In this document: piece by piece, positions 7,354-17,718 of the stretch
Layout of the letters: each line of letters starts with the position of its first letter
How positions within the stretch are numbered: the first letter of the stretch is position 1
NCBI RefSeq assembly: GCF_000619845.1
Contig: NZ_JHUX01000007.1
Span: 90,001 to 122,000, forward strand
DNA: 32,000 nt
Source of the DNA: Alkanindiges illinoisensis DSM 15370
GTDB lineage: Bacteria > Pseudomonadota > Gammaproteobacteria > Pseudomonadales > Moraxellaceae
Direction of reading: 5' to 3'
The notes under the pieces: generated by a model
Told to the model about the DNA's origin: nothing
The model's database searches: none
The model's input: the letters and a program-made list of their open reading frames with translations, nothing else
Position numbers and translations under genes: made by a program

Positions 7354-8435
7354 TGCAGGTGAAGCAACTGCTGAAGGAATACCAGACGATTTTGCAGCAA
7401 CCGCAGGGCTGGCTAAAGGCACCGCTATGGACACTGGCCTTGGCAACCGGTGCCAAATCATTTGTGGATAATCCGGTTCTGGGTAATTCAGTCTTTAATC
7501 AGGCAGGCTTGCATTTATGGCGGGTGAAGCTGGCGGCACGACTCGCTGCTCGCCGCCGTGCCCGCTTAAGCAAGTCTTTAACAGCTGAGGATGCCCGGTT
7601 TTTTAACCAGTACGGATTTATTGTTAAAGAAGATTTCCTGCCTGCTGATGACTTTGCACGATTAGAACAGGAACTGCTGGGCACAGAATTGCCAGCCCGT
7701 GAAACCTTGCAGGGCAATACGGTAACGCGGCGAATTCCGCTGGACTATCAGACCCTGCCACAACTGCCAAACACCCAACAGTTGATTGCACAGCCCGAAC
7801 TGCAACACCTGCTGAATTATGTGGGTTCATTTCAGGTACAGCCGATGCTGTATATACAAAGCATTTTGTCACAGGTACGCAAGGCCAAGGCAGATCCCCA
7901 AACCAAACTGCATGCCGATACCTTTCATTCCAGCGTCAAGGCATGGCTGTTTTTAACTGATGTGGCTGAGGACGAGGGGCCATTTGTGTATGTGCCCGGT
8001 TCGCATCAATTAACACCGGCACGCCTTGACTGGGAAAAGCAGCGTTCGATTAATGCGGCGAGGGCAGACCGTATGAGCGCGCGGGGTTCATTCCGGATCA
8101 GTGAAGCAGAACTTGAGCAACTGGGCCTGCCAAAACCCAAGGCATTTGCCGTCAAAAAAAATACACTGGTGGTGGCAGATACCTTTGGTTTTCACGCACG
8201 CGGTAAAAGTGTACGACCATCGACCCGGATTGAAGTGTGGGCTTATGCAAGGCGCAATCCATTCTTGCCGTGGACTGGCTTTGACCCTTTAGCATTGCCG
8301 TTTTTAAAGGATAAAATCATTCCACTGTACTGGTGGGCACTGGATGAACTGGAAAAACGCCAGTGGCGCAAAAACCCGTGGCGCTCTGTAGGCCGATTGC
8401 GTGCCGGTGATCCGCCGCGTTTTATCAAAAAATAG
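7353..8435 (+). CDS. Phytanoyl-CoA dioxygenase (PhyH)-like Fe(II)/2-oxoglutarate oxygenase family protein
   Basis: HADTFH (HxD), WLFLTDVAEDEGPFVYVPGSHQ and a distal GFHARG His. The ATG overlaps the gshB TGA by 1 nt. Confidence 0.6.
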   Translation: MQVKQLLKEYQTILQQPQGWLKAPLWTLALATGAKSFVDNPVLGNSVFNQAGLHLWRVKLAARLAARRRARLSKSLTAEDARFFNQYGFIVKEDFLPADDFARLEQELLGTELPARETLQGNTVTRRIPLDYQTLPQLPNTQQLIAQPELQHLLNYVGSFQVQPMLYIQSILSQVRKAKADPQTKLHADTFHSSVKAWLFLTDVAEDEGPFVYVPGSHQLTPARLDWEKQRSINAARADRMSARGSFRISEAELEQLGLPKPKAFAVKKNTLVVADTFGFHARGKSVRPSTRIEVWAYARRNPFLPWTGFDPLALPFLKDKIIPLYWWALDELEKRQWRKNPWRSVGRLRAGDPPRFIKK

Positions 8436-8584
8436 GATTGTCGTACAAAAATACTGGCAAATTGAGCGCTGGCCTGTTTAAGCTTGACCTGAAATCCGGC
8501 TAGAATAAGCGCCTAATTGGCATACGGATATGCATTCAGCAGGCAATACGGATAAATGTGTAAAAGCATAAGCACAGGTGGTTT

Positions 8585-9685
8585 GTGGTTCAGGGGCAGG
8601 TAAAACAAATTAAGACCGTCATGATCATGGCAGCGGGCACAGGAGGACACGTATTTCCTGCGCTGGCCGTGGCTGAGCACCTGCGTGCGCAAGGCATTGA
8701 AATCCATTGGTTAGCAACCCGTACTGGCATGGAACATCGTCTGGTTGGCTCTAAAAATATTCCACTGCATCCGATTGATATTCAGGGTTTGCGTGGCAAT
8801 GGCCTCAAGCGTTTGATTACTGCACCGTTTAAAATCATGGCAGCAACACTGGCGGCCATGCGTCTGATGCGCCAGCTAAATATTGATGCCGTGATTGGTT
8901 TTGGGGGTTATGTGGCCGGTCCTGGTGGACTGGCTGCGCGCTTGCTGGGTTTGCCACTGGTGATCCATGAGCAAAATGCCATTGCCGGCTTTACCAATAC
9001 CCAACTGGCACGCCTGTCCGCATTGGTATTACAGGCTTTTCCGAATACTTTTACTGAATCTCAAAAAGTCAAAACCACTGGCAATCCGGTGCGTGCCGAT
9101 ATTGCCAGTTTGCCAGAACCGCAAGTTCGCTATGCCGAACGCGGCAATTTGCCGTTAAATATTCTGGTGGTTGGCGGTTCGCTAGGTGCCCAGGCTTTAA
9201 ATGAACGGATTCCAGCAGCACTGGCTGGTCTGGATATTCCCTTAAATATCATGCATCAGTGCGGTCAGCAGCAGTTGCAGGCCACCCAGCAGCGTTATAT
9301 TGATTTGGCCAGTAGCCAGCTAAATGTGCAGGTAATGCCTTTTGTGGAAGACATGGCCAATGCCTATGCACGTGCCGATTTGATTATTTGCCGTGCCGGT
9401 GCCTTAACAGTGACTGAAATTGCAACCGCAGGGGTTGCAGCGGTATTTGTGCCATTGCCCAGTGCGGTAGACGACCATCAAACCGCCAATGCCCGCTATC
9501 TGGTAGATTGCGGTGCGGCATTACTATGTCCGCAAGCCAGCCTGACTCCCCAATCGCTTCAGGCCGCGCTGCAACCCATCATGAAACGTGCCACCTTGCA
9601 GGCCATGGCTGAAAAAGCCCGACAGCAGGCGCATCCGCAGGCCACTCGTCAGGTGAGTGAATTTCTGTTGTCATTGTCGCATTAA
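8585..9685 (+). CDS. murG: UDP-GlcNAc:undecaprenyl-PP-MurNAc-pentapeptide GlcNAc transferase
   Basis: MIMAAGTGGHVFPALAVA, VGGSLGAQALN and DDHQTANA. The GTG start gives an N-terminal length like Acinetobacter MurG. Confidence 0.95.
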   Translation: MVQGQVKQIKTVMIMAAGTGGHVFPALAVAEHLRAQGIEIHWLATRTGMEHRLVGSKNIPLHPIDIQGLRGNGLKRLITAPFKIMAATLAAMRLMRQLNIDAVIGFGGYVAGPGGLAARLLGLPLVIHEQNAIAGFTNTQLARLSALVLQAFPNTFTESQKVKTTGNPVRADIASLPEPQVRYAERGNLPLNILVVGGSLGAQALNERIPAALAGLDIPLNIMHQCGQQQLQATQQRYIDLASSQLNVQVMPFVEDMANAYARADLIICRAGALTVTEIATAGVAAVFVPLPSAVDDHQTANARYLVDCGAALLCPQASLTPQSLQAALQPIMKRATLQAMAEKARQQAHPQATRQVSEFLLSLSH

Positions 9686-9715
9686 TTTTGTATTACGCCC
9701 AAATTTGAGTTCATT

Positions 9716-11173
9716 ATGACGCCATCCAATATTTCATCGGCTCAGGCCAAGCAACTGATCAAGATTCCGGAAATGCGCCGCATCCGGCATATTCATTTTG
9801 TTGGTATTGGCGGCGCTGGCATGTGTGGCATTGCAGAAGTGCTTAAAAATCAGGGCTATGAGATTTCCGGTTCAGATTTAAAGCCCAGCAAGACCACTGA
9901 GCGCTTAAATGAGCAGGGCATCACGGTGCATTTTGGTCATCAGGCCAGCAATATTGAAGGCGCTGATGTGCTGGTGGTGTCCACGGCAATTGACCGTGAA
10001 AATCCGGAAATCCGGCAAGCCATCAGCCAGCGCATTCCTGTGGTGCGCCGTGCTGAAATGCTGGGTGAGCTGATGCGTTATCGGCATGGCATTGCAGTAG
10101 CAGGTACCCATGGCAAAACCACCACCACCAGCCTGCTGACCTGTATGCTAGCCGAGGAAAACCTTGATCCCACTTATGTGATTGGCGGCCTGCTCAACCG
10201 CAGCGGTGTCAATGCGGCACTGGGTGCCAGCCGTTATCTGGTGGCTGAAGCCGATGAAAGTGATGCGTCATTTTTATACCTGCAACCAATGGCGGCCATT
10301 GTTACCAATATTGATGCTGACCACATGGAAACCTATGGCGGCAGCTTTGAAAAACTCAAAGATACGTTTATCCAGTTTTTGCATAACCTGCCGTTTTATG
10401 GGCTGGCGGTGGTGTGTGGTGATGATGCCGTGATTCGCGAGCTGTTGCCGCGCATTGGCCGTCCCGTGCTCACTTATGGCTTTGGCGAAGAAAACGACAT
10501 CCGTGCCGTGGAGGTCGAGCAATCGGGCATGCAAACGCATTTCACCGTGCTGCGCAAGGATCGGGAGCCACTACGGCTAACCATTAATCAGCCTGGCTTG
10601 CACAATGTGCTCAATGCACTGGCTGCTATTGGCGTTGCTACCGATGAAGGTGTGTCGGACGCGGCCATCAGCCGTGCACTGGAAGGCTTTTCAGGCGTGG
10701 GCCGCCGCTTCCAGATTCAGGGCGAATTTGCACAGGATAATGGCAATATTAAGCTGGTGGATGATTATGGCCATCATCCCAAGGAAGTGGAAGCCACTAT
10801 TAAGGCTGCACGTCAAAGCCATCCGGATCGTCGTCTGGTGATGCTGTTTCAGCCGCATCGTTTTACCCGTACTCGCGACTGTTTTGAAGACTTTGTTGAG
10901 GTGCTGTCGCAGGTGGATGTGCTGTTATTGCTGGAAGTTTATCCGGCAGGTGAAAAGCCGATTGTTGGTGCTGACAGCCGCAGTCTGGCTCGCAGTTTGC
11001 GCCTGCGCGGTCAGGTGGAGCCGATTCTAGTTGATCCGGTTGAAAGCCAGTTACCTGTAGTGTTACAAAATGTGTTAAAAGCAAATGACTTGCTACTGAC
11101 GCAAGGTGCTGGCAATGTGGGTGCCATTTCAGTGGAGCTGGCGCAGCAAGGCTTGTATTTAAAGGCAAAATAG
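9716..11173 (+). CDS. murC: UDP-N-acetylmuramate--L-alanine ligase
   Basis: [16 protein letters not shown] and the Mur-ligase P-loop [10 protein letters not shown]. Confidence 0.96.
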   Translation: MTPSNISSAQAKQLIKIPEMRRIRHIHFVGIGGAGMCGIAEVLKNQGYEISGSDLKPSKTTERLNEQGITVHFGHQASNIEGADVLVVSTAIDRENPEIRQAISQRIPVVRRAEMLGELMRYRHGIAVAGTHGKTTTTSLLTCMLAEENLDPTYVIGGLLNRSGVNAALGASRYLVAEADESDASFLYLQPMAAIVTNIDADHMETYGGSFEKLKDTFIQFLHNLPFYGLAVVCGDDAVIRELLPRIGRPVLTYGFGEENDIRAVEVEQSGMQTHFTVLRKDREPLRLTINQPGLHNVLNALAAIGVATDEGVSDAAISRALEGFSGVGRRFQIQGEFAQDNGNIKLVDDYGHHPKEVEATIKAARQSHPDRRLVMLFQPHRFTRTRDCFEDFVEVLSQVDVLLLLEVYPAGEKPIVGADSRSLARSLRLRGQVEPILVDPVESQLPVVLQNVLKANDLLLTQGAGNVGAISVELAQQGLYLKAK

Positions 11174-11405
11174 TCATTAAACGGTCATATTGAGTGGTTT
11201 TTGCCATAGGTATGGCAGGTAGAGCCGGGCACTATTTTTAAGCAGGACAGGCCAAAAACAAATTTGGTCATTTGCGCAGATTTGTCTAACATGACGGACT
11301 GCTGCAGAGGAGTGCTCATGCTAGATTGAGCCTTTTTTGGTGCGACTAGCCCGCTATTGATGCCGGGTTATCGTAAAAGAATGTTTTAAACGATGGACGT
11401 ATAGC

Positions 11406-12380
11406 GTGTCACACATACAAAGCACGGATTTTGGCAAAGTTGCAGTATTGTTTGGGGGTAACTCAGCCGAACGTGAGGTTTCCTTAAATAGTGGTCAGGC
11501 CGTCCTGCAGGCCTTGCTGGAACAGGGTATTAATGCAGAAGCGTTTGATCCGGCGGTACGTTCAATCACCGAAATTACTGCCTATGACCGTGCTTTTATT
11601 GTGCTGCATGGCCGTGGTGGTGAAGATGGCCAGATTCAGGGCCTGCTGGAATGGTTAAACCTGCCTTATACCGGCAGTGGCGTGCTGGCGTCGGCGCTGG
11701 GTATGGATAAAGCCAAAACCAAGCAATTGTGGCAAGGCTGCGGCATGCCGACAGCACCATATCGCCTGCTGGACCAGAATACTGATTTTGCCCAGGTGGT
11801 ACAGGAACTGGGTTTGCCGCTGATTATTAAGCCCGTGCATGAAGGCTCCAGCATTGGCATGAGCAAGGTGGAAACCCTTGAGCAACTCCAGCCGGCCTAT
11901 GAGCAGGCTGCTGTCCATGATGCGGTGGTAATGGCAGAGCGCTGGATTACCGGCCGTGAATTTACTGTCGTGATTTTAAACGGTCAGGCTTTGCCAGTGA
12001 TTCGCCTGCAACCGCCCAGTGATGCCGCTTTTTATGATTATGAAGCCAAATACCAGCGTAATGACACCCAGTATGGCATTCCTTGCGGTTTAAGCCATGA
12101 CGCTGAGCAACAATTACAGGCACTGGCCTTACGTGCCTTTAATGCGGTGGGTGCTACCGGCTGGGGCCGTATCGATGCCATGCAGGATGAGCAGGGCAAT
12201 TTCTGGCTGCTGGAAGTCAATACCGTACCCGGTATGACCGATCATTCGCTGGTACCCATGGCTGCCAAGGCTATCGGACACAGTTTTGCCGAACTTTGTC
12301 AGCTAATTTTGCAGCAAACCCTTTCTCCGGCACAGGCTCAAACAAACCCTCAAACCCAGCCTATGTCAAGCGTGGGTTAA
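11406..12380 (+). CDS. ddl: D-alanine--D-alanine ligase
   Basis: [20 protein letters not shown] and the ATP-grasp [14 protein letters not shown] start. Confidence 0.95.
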   Translation: MSHIQSTDFGKVAVLFGGNSAEREVSLNSGQAVLQALLEQGINAEAFDPAVRSITEITAYDRAFIVLHGRGGEDGQIQGLLEWLNLPYTGSGVLASALGMDKAKTKQLWQGCGMPTAPYRLLDQNTDFAQVVQELGLPLIIKPVHEGSSIGMSKVETLEQLQPAYEQAAVHDAVVMAERWITGREFTVVILNGQALPVIRLQPPSDAAFYDYEAKYQRNDTQYGIPCGLSHDAEQQLQALALRAFNAVGATGWGRIDAMQDEQGNFWLLEVNTVPGMTDHSLVPMAAKAIGHSFAELCQLILQQTLSPAQAQTNPQTQPMSSVG

Positions 12381-12387
12381 GGTCATT

Positions 12388-13254
12388 ATGGCACAGCTTC
12401 CCATTTCCATACGCCGTAAAGCCCCCTCCGTGCAGGGGATCAGCAGCAGTGCCAATCGTGCAGGCCGCTGGGAGCGCGCTTCCTGGTGGGGTAGCTGGTT
12501 GCTGGTGATTCTGGCCGTGATTCTATGCGGCGTAGGGTTTTGGTCCATGCTCAACACCATGCGCCATGCCCCTGCTGCAACTGTCAGGGTGGCGGGTGAG
12601 CTGAATCCGCTCCAGCAACAATTACTGCAAAACAAATTGCAGCCACTGGTCAAAGAAGGCTTTTTCACCACGGATCTGGAACGTTTACGTGATGCGGCCT
12701 TAACCTTGCCCTGGGTAGACCGGGTGGTCGTCACCCGGCATTGGCCCAACGGCATGGTGGTGCGTGCCACGCCACGGCATCCGATTGCACGCTGGGGCAG
12801 TGGTCGCCTGCTAAGTGACAGTGGCCATATCTTTGTAGAAGCCCGTTATGTAGATCGCCGCGACCTGCCGCTATTACACGGTCCGGCCAGCCATTCGGTA
12901 CAACTCATGCAGCAATACCGGCAAATCAACCAGTGGTTTGCCCCTTTAGGCATGCAGCTTAAGGAATTGCACCTGACCGACCGCATGACCTGGTTTATGC
13001 AGTTTAATACCGGCATGCGGGTTATTGTTGATCAGGATCAGACCTTAACCAAGCTGCACCGCTTAAGCCAGTTGGGTTTAACCGAATTAAAGGCACAATG
13101 GCCCAATATTGTGGCTGTTGATTTGCGCTACCGTAACGGCCTTGCCTTACAGTGGAAAAATACACAACCGCCAAAAATTGTAGAAGGCAAGTTTGTGATT
13201 GAACCACAACTGCCAGTGGTTACTCCTCTCGCTCAACCTGTGGTCAATCAATGA
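12388..13254 (+). CDS. ftsQ: Cell division protein FtsQ
   Basis: Position between ddl and ftsA. An N-terminal basic region is followed by one TM segment (WLLVILAVILCGVGFW) and a periplasmic domain. Confidence 0.85.
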   Translation: MAQLPISIRRKAPSVQGISSSANRAGRWERASWWGSWLLVILAVILCGVGFWSMLNTMRHAPAATVRVAGELNPLQQQLLQNKLQPLVKEGFFTTDLERLRDAALTLPWVDRVVVTRHWPNGMVVRATPRHPIARWGSGRLLSDSGHIFVEARYVDRRDLPLLHGPASHSVQLMQQYRQINQWFAPLGMQLKELHLTDRMTWFMQFNTGMRVIVDQDQTLTKLHRLSQLGLTELKAQWPNIVAVDLRYRNGLALQWKNTQPPKIVEGKFVIEPQLPVVTPLAQPVVNQ

Positions 13255-13299
13255 GTGGAAGATTGATGAGACTTGAACACATAACGCATGGTAAATGTC

Positions 13300-14568
13300 A
13301 TGAATGAAGCGGTTCCATCTGTTGTTGCCATAGATATTGGAACACACAAGGTATCGGTGCTGATTGGCCGGATTCATGCACCTGACCAGATTGAAGTGAT
13401 TGGGATGGCGCATGCGCCCAACCGGGGCATGAGCAAGGGTATTATCCGTAATCTGGATAAAGTGGTGGCCGCCATCAAGGATGCCGTGTCACAAGCGGAA
13501 GACATGGCCGATTGCCGCATCCATACCGCATGGGTGGCGATTCCCAGTGCCGAGCTGAAAAGCTTTAATGCCTCTGGCCGCACGCCGGTGATGAACCAGA
13601 CCATTACCACCACTGAAATTGTACGTACCCTGGAAATGGCCAAAAGCAGCCATTTGATGCCGGATCATTACCTCACCAATGCAGTACCGCTAGGCGTTGC
13701 CATTGATGATCAGCCGGAATGGGTAGATCATCCCATCAATATGTCGGGCAATTTTATTACCGGCCATTATCACCTGATGATGCTGCCCATCAATACCATG
13801 CAAAATCTGGATAAAGCGCTAAAAAGCGCCGGAATTGGTGTGGAGCGCACCATTATTTCAACGCTGGCCACCAGTGAAGCGGTGTTGCTTAAAGATGAAA
13901 AAGAATATGGCGTGTGCATGGTGGATATAGGCGCTGGTACTACCAACATTGCCGTGTATCTGGAAAACCGCCTGATTCTAAGCCACACCCTGCAAAAGGG
14001 TGGCGAGCATGTGACCCGTGATATTGCTTCTGTGTTGCAAACCTCAACCGAACAGGCTGAAAACCTGAAAATCCGCTATGGCTGTGTGGACTTGTCGGCC
14101 ATTAAGCCGGATCAGATGATCCAGATTCCCGGCATTGGCATTGCACCGGGCATGATCATCAGCCGGATTGAACTGGCCGATATCATTGTGGCGCGCTACG
14201 AAGAAATTTTTGAGGAAGTGCGCCAGCAGCTGGAACAAAGTGGCGCCATTAATGTTCTGCGTCATGGTGTGGTGCTTACTGGAGATGCCTGCCAGATTGA
14301 AGGTGCAGTTGCGCTGGCACGCCGCGTACTAGGTGTGTCTGCCCATCTGGGTAATCCGCCACTGGCTGTAGATATCAGCGAAGAAAAACGTCCGCTGCTG
14401 CGCCGTTCCATTTATGCCACGGCCAGTGGCCTGCTGATGTATAGCCAGAATGAGCAACAACGTGCCACCGAAGTGGGAGCGGAAGAACAAGCCAGTGACG
14501 GCTGGTTGCAGCAATATGTAGTACAGCCGGTACAGAATATGCTCGAAAAGCTGCGCCAGCTGGTTTAG
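13300..14568 (+). CDS. ftsA: Cell division protein FtsA
   Basis: VVAIDIGTHKVSVLIG and VDIGAGTTNIAV are actin-like ATPase motifs. The ATG at 13300 (MNEAVPS...) is preferred over 13288. Confidence 0.95.
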   Translation: MNEAVPSVVAIDIGTHKVSVLIGRIHAPDQIEVIGMAHAPNRGMSKGIIRNLDKVVAAIKDAVSQAEDMADCRIHTAWVAIPSAELKSFNASGRTPVMNQTITTTEIVRTLEMAKSSHLMPDHYLTNAVPLGVAIDDQPEWVDHPINMSGNFITGHYHLMMLPINTMQNLDKALKSAGIGVERTIISTLATSEAVLLKDEKEYGVCMVDIGAGTTNIAVYLENRLILSHTLQKGGEHVTRDIASVLQTSTEQAENLKIRYGCVDLSAIKPDQMIQIPGIGIAPGMIISRIELADIIVARYEEIFEEVRQQLEQSGAINVLRHGVVLTGDACQIEGAVALARRVLGVSAHLGNPPLAVDISEEKRPLLRRSIYATASGLLMYSQNEQQRATEVGAEEQASDGWLQQYVVQPVQNMLEKLRQLV

Positions 14569-14791
14569 TGCATTAGTTTAGTGACTGCGGTTTTAAGTGA
14601 TTAATCCCGCAGTAAGCGTTTAAATTATGCTGTGAGTTTGTTGTTGAATATCCGTTTTCACTTGACAGTGAGCATAGGGCAACGCATGCTAATTTATTTA
14701 CTAAGCTTTCTTTTATTTAACGTTTTTTACTTAACTCAGGCAGTGCTACGGGCATACAAGCTGCCATACAAATCTTGGAGACCAAAAGGTC

Positions 14792-16012
14792 ATGTCCTCA
14801 TTTACGCTAATTGAAGATGAAGTAGTCGACAACAATGGGCAGGCCCGTTTTACCGTTTTTGGTGTGGGTGGCGGCGGTGGCAATGCGGTACAACACATGG
14901 TTGAGTCAGAAATTTCTGGCGTAAAGTTTGTGTGTGCCAATACGGACAAGCAGGCGCTGGACCGGATGAAAGCGCCCTTTAATGTGCAGCTTGGCCAGCA
15001 AAGTACCCGCGGTCTGGGTGCTGGTGCCAATCCGGAAGTGGGTCGCACCTCGGCTGAAGAAGCACGCGACCAAATCCGTGACCAGCTTGAAGGCACGGAC
15101 ATGGTATTTGTCACTGCCGGTATGGGTGGTGGTACAGGGACAGGTGCTGCGCCAGTTGTGGCGGAAGTGGCCAAGGAAATGGGTATTCTGACCGTTGGTG
15201 TGGTTACTACCCCCTTTGGTTTTGAAGGCCGCAAGCGCCAGAGATCGGCTGAAAAAGGCATTGAAGAACTGGAACGCCACGTTGACTCACTCATTATTAT
15301 TCCCAATGAAAAACTGCTGAGTGTGTATGGCGATATTTCCATGAAGGAAGCCTTTAAAAAGGCTGATGATGTGTTACTGAACGCAGTACGCAGTATTTTT
15401 GATCTGGTGGTGAATCACGGTCACATTAACCTTGACTTCGCCGACCTGAAAACTGCCATGAGCACCCGTGGCTATGCCATGATGGGTATTGGAGCCAGCC
15501 GTGGTGAAGACCGCGCACGTCAGGCCGCAGAAATGGCAATTCGCAGTCCGCTGCTGGATCAGGTGCGTCTGGAAAATGCCAAGGGTGTGTTGATTAACAT
15601 TACCAGTGGTGATGACATCAAGCCGCGCGAAGTACAAATGATTTCCAATGTGGTCAGCCAGATTGTTGACCTGGATGAAGGCGACATTTTCTACGGTACA
15701 GTGTTTGACCCTGAAGCACGTGATGAATTGCGCGTCACCGTGATTGCCACGGGCCTGAATCGCGACCCGGTAGATTTTTCTACACCTGTTGCACGTCCTG
15801 CAGCCGCACCAGCACCAGTTGCCCAGCCACAGCCTGCGCCTGTAGCCCCTGTTGCTGCCAGCCAGCCAGTGGATGAGGATGATGCTCCTGCCATTAGCCG
15901 TCGTGCGCCTTCTGTTGCACCACAGCCTGCTCCAGCGCCGCAGCCAGCACCAGCGGCTCGTCCAGCGCCCATGAGCATTCAGGATTACCTGAAGAACCAG
16001 CAAAAGAAATAA
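14792..16012 (+). CDS. ftsZ: Cell division GTPase FtsZ
   Basis: GVGGGGGNAV and GMGGGTGTGAAPV tubulin signatures. A long Pro/Ala-rich linker leads to the C-terminal peptide SIQDYLKNQ. Confidence 0.97.
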   Translation: MSSFTLIEDEVVDNNGQARFTVFGVGGGGGNAVQHMVESEISGVKFVCANTDKQALDRMKAPFNVQLGQQSTRGLGAGANPEVGRTSAEEARDQIRDQLEGTDMVFVTAGMGGGTGTGAAPVVAEVAKEMGILTVGVVTTPFGFEGRKRQRSAEKGIEELERHVDSLIIIPNEKLLSVYGDISMKEAFKKADDVLLNAVRSIFDLVVNHGHINLDFADLKTAMSTRGYAMMGIGASRGEDRARQAAEMAIRSPLLDQVRLENAKGVLINITSGDDIKPREVQMISNVVSQIVDLDEGDIFYGTVFDPEARDELRVTVIATGLNRDPVDFSTPVARPAAAPAPVAQPQPAPVAPVAASQPVDEDDAPAISRRAPSVAPQPAPAPQPAPAARPAPMSIQDYLKNQQKK

Positions 16013-16056
16013 TCTTATTGCACTTGCCGCCTTGTGTTGGCAGGTACTTTCAAAAA

Positions 16057-16095
16057 ACAGGCCTGTAGATCAGTTGGATCTACAGGCCTGTTTTC
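16057..16095 (+). terminator. Rho-independent terminator after ftsZ
   Basis: 15-bp perfect stem ACAGGCCTGTAGATC/GATCTACAGGCCTGT with loop AGTTG, followed by TTTT. Confidence 0.8.
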
Positions 16096-16161
16096 TATTC
16101 AGGCCAATAATGTTAATTTAGGCGCCTTGCTTTTTAACACAGTTTTTTAAGATAGACCTTT

Positions 16162-17064
16162 ATGCTGAAACAGCGAACCATCAAACAAGTGATCAGAGCC
16201 AGTGGCATTGGACTGCATAGCGGTAAAAACGTATTTATCAATTTTTTACCGCATGTGATTGATGGTGGCATTGTATTTCGGCGCATTGACCTTGACCCGC
16301 CAGTCGATATTCCTGCCAATGCCTTGCTGGTACAGGAAACGGTCATGTCGTCCAATCTGGTCAAGGGGGAAGCCCGCATTGGCACGGTTGAACACCTGAT
16401 GAGTGCACTGGCAGGTATGGGCATTGATAACATTATTATTGAGGTGTCTGCGCCGGAAATTCCCATTATGGACGGTAGCGCCGGGCCATTTATTTATTTG
16501 CTGCAACAGGCAGGCTTGCAGGAGCAGGACGCGGCCAAAAAATACATTTGCATCCGGCAGCCTGTTGAAGTCTGTGTGGATGACAAGCGTGCGGCGTTTT
16601 TACCCCATCATGGTTTTAGCGTGCAGTTTACCATCGACTTTGATCATCCGGCCTTTAGCGAAGAATACAAGTCCGCTGAGGTGGATTTTTCTACTACTTC
16701 ATTTATTGAGGAAATCAGTCAGGCGCGCACCTTTGGCTTTATGCGTGACCTGGAATACCTGCGCCAGCATAATCTGGCGCTTGGTGCCACGCTGGACAAT
16801 GCAATTGCCGTGGATGAGCAGGGTGTGGTGAATGAAGAAGGCTTGCGTTTTAGCGATGAGTTTGTGCGGCATAAAATGCTGGATGCCATTGGGGACTTAT
16901 ACCTGATTGGCCACAGCATTATTGGCCGCTTTGAAGGCTATAAATCCGGACATGCACTCAACAATCAACTACTACGTAAAATTTTAGCCACGCCGGAATG
17001 TTATGAAATTGTGACATTTGATGACGATGTAAATTGCCCGATTTCATACGTAAAAGTGAGTTAA
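16162..17064 (+). CDS. lpxC: UDP-3-O-acyl-N-acetylglucosamine deacetylase
   Basis: [27 protein letters not shown] and [15 protein letters not shown]. Confidence 0.96.
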   Translation: MLKQRTIKQVIRASGIGLHSGKNVFINFLPHVIDGGIVFRRIDLDPPVDIPANALLVQETVMSSNLVKGEARIGTVEHLMSALAGMGIDNIIIEVSAPEIPIMDGSAGPFIYLLQQAGLQEQDAAKKYICIRQPVEVCVDDKRAAFLPHHGFSVQFTIDFDHPAFSEEYKSAEVDFSTTSFIEEISQARTFGFMRDLEYLRQHNLALGATLDNAIAVDEQGVVNEEGLRFSDEFVRHKMLDAIGDLYLIGHSIIGRFEGYKSGHALNNQLLRKILATPECYEIVTFDDDVNCPISYVKVS

Positions 17065-17165
17065 CTTCCTTATATCCCTAGGTTTGCAATGTAACTATCC
17101 ACAGCTTTTTGTGTACTTATGTTGCTTAAAAAATAGCCTAAATCCACATTGTGCTCACTTTTCGA

Positions 17166-17603
17166 TCATTTTTTGCTTGCCAAACGTTGTAGCGCTTCGC
17201 TAAGCTCGCGGTCATGAATGAGGGTGGCAGCTTCTAAAATGGCTTGCCGGGTTGGCTCATCCAGTGGTGGTAAAGGCAGGTGTGGCACTACTTTTGGTGC
17301 TGGTTTTGCTTCTACAATGACCCTGATGGCACGTAAATTTTTAAACTCGGTGATGTTGCGAAGTTGCTTAACGTAATGCGTTTGTAAATATCGTAATTGG
17401 CTGACCGCTGCATATTGTTCAGCAGCAACACACAGGATTCCTTCTTGAAAGGAAACTACTTGCCAGTTTTCATGTTGAGGTAACACTGGCTTTGTCAATT
17501 GCGTAAGTTTCTCCAGATAGAGCATTTGGGCTTGGAGAGATTGCAAACCCCCTGTTTTTAAATCCTGATGATGTGTGGCAAAGGCGTGAACTGGACGCTT
17601 CAT
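17166..17603 (-). CDS. DUF721 / DciA-like protein
   Basis: Size, the pattern W..VSF..GIL.V........SQLRY....YVKQL.......L..I.V, and the conserved position near lpxC next to an M23 peptidase, as in Pseudomonas and Acinetobacter. Recognised from memory only. Confidence 0.5.
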   Translation of the reverse strand: MKRPVHAFATHHQDLKTGGLQSLQAQMLYLEKLTQLTKPVLPQHENWQVVSFQEGILCVAAEQYAAVSQLRYLQTHYVKQLRNITEFKNLRAIRVIVEAKPAPKVVPHLPLPPLDEPTRQAILEAATLIHDRELSEALQRLASKK

Positions 17604-17718
17604 GGCTAAGTCTTTGAGTTAAAAAAGCCGTTTAACCTTAAACGATTTTTTCATCCCGGAGCAAGTGGCAAACGCATCATCTGATCTAACAGCAGGACAG
17701 GAAAGAGATTATAGTTAT

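Noticed and set aside
8487-8509. TTGACC ... TAGAAT as a murG promoter
   Set aside because: The hexamers are only 11 nt apart, which is incompatible with a sigma70 promoter.
14746-16003. Two long antisense ORFs (198 and 209 aa) plus shorter ones opposite ftsZ
   Set aside because: They overlap the highly conserved ftsZ. Their products are low-complexity (Ser/Pro/Arg/Trp/Cys-rich), which is a codon-bias artefact.
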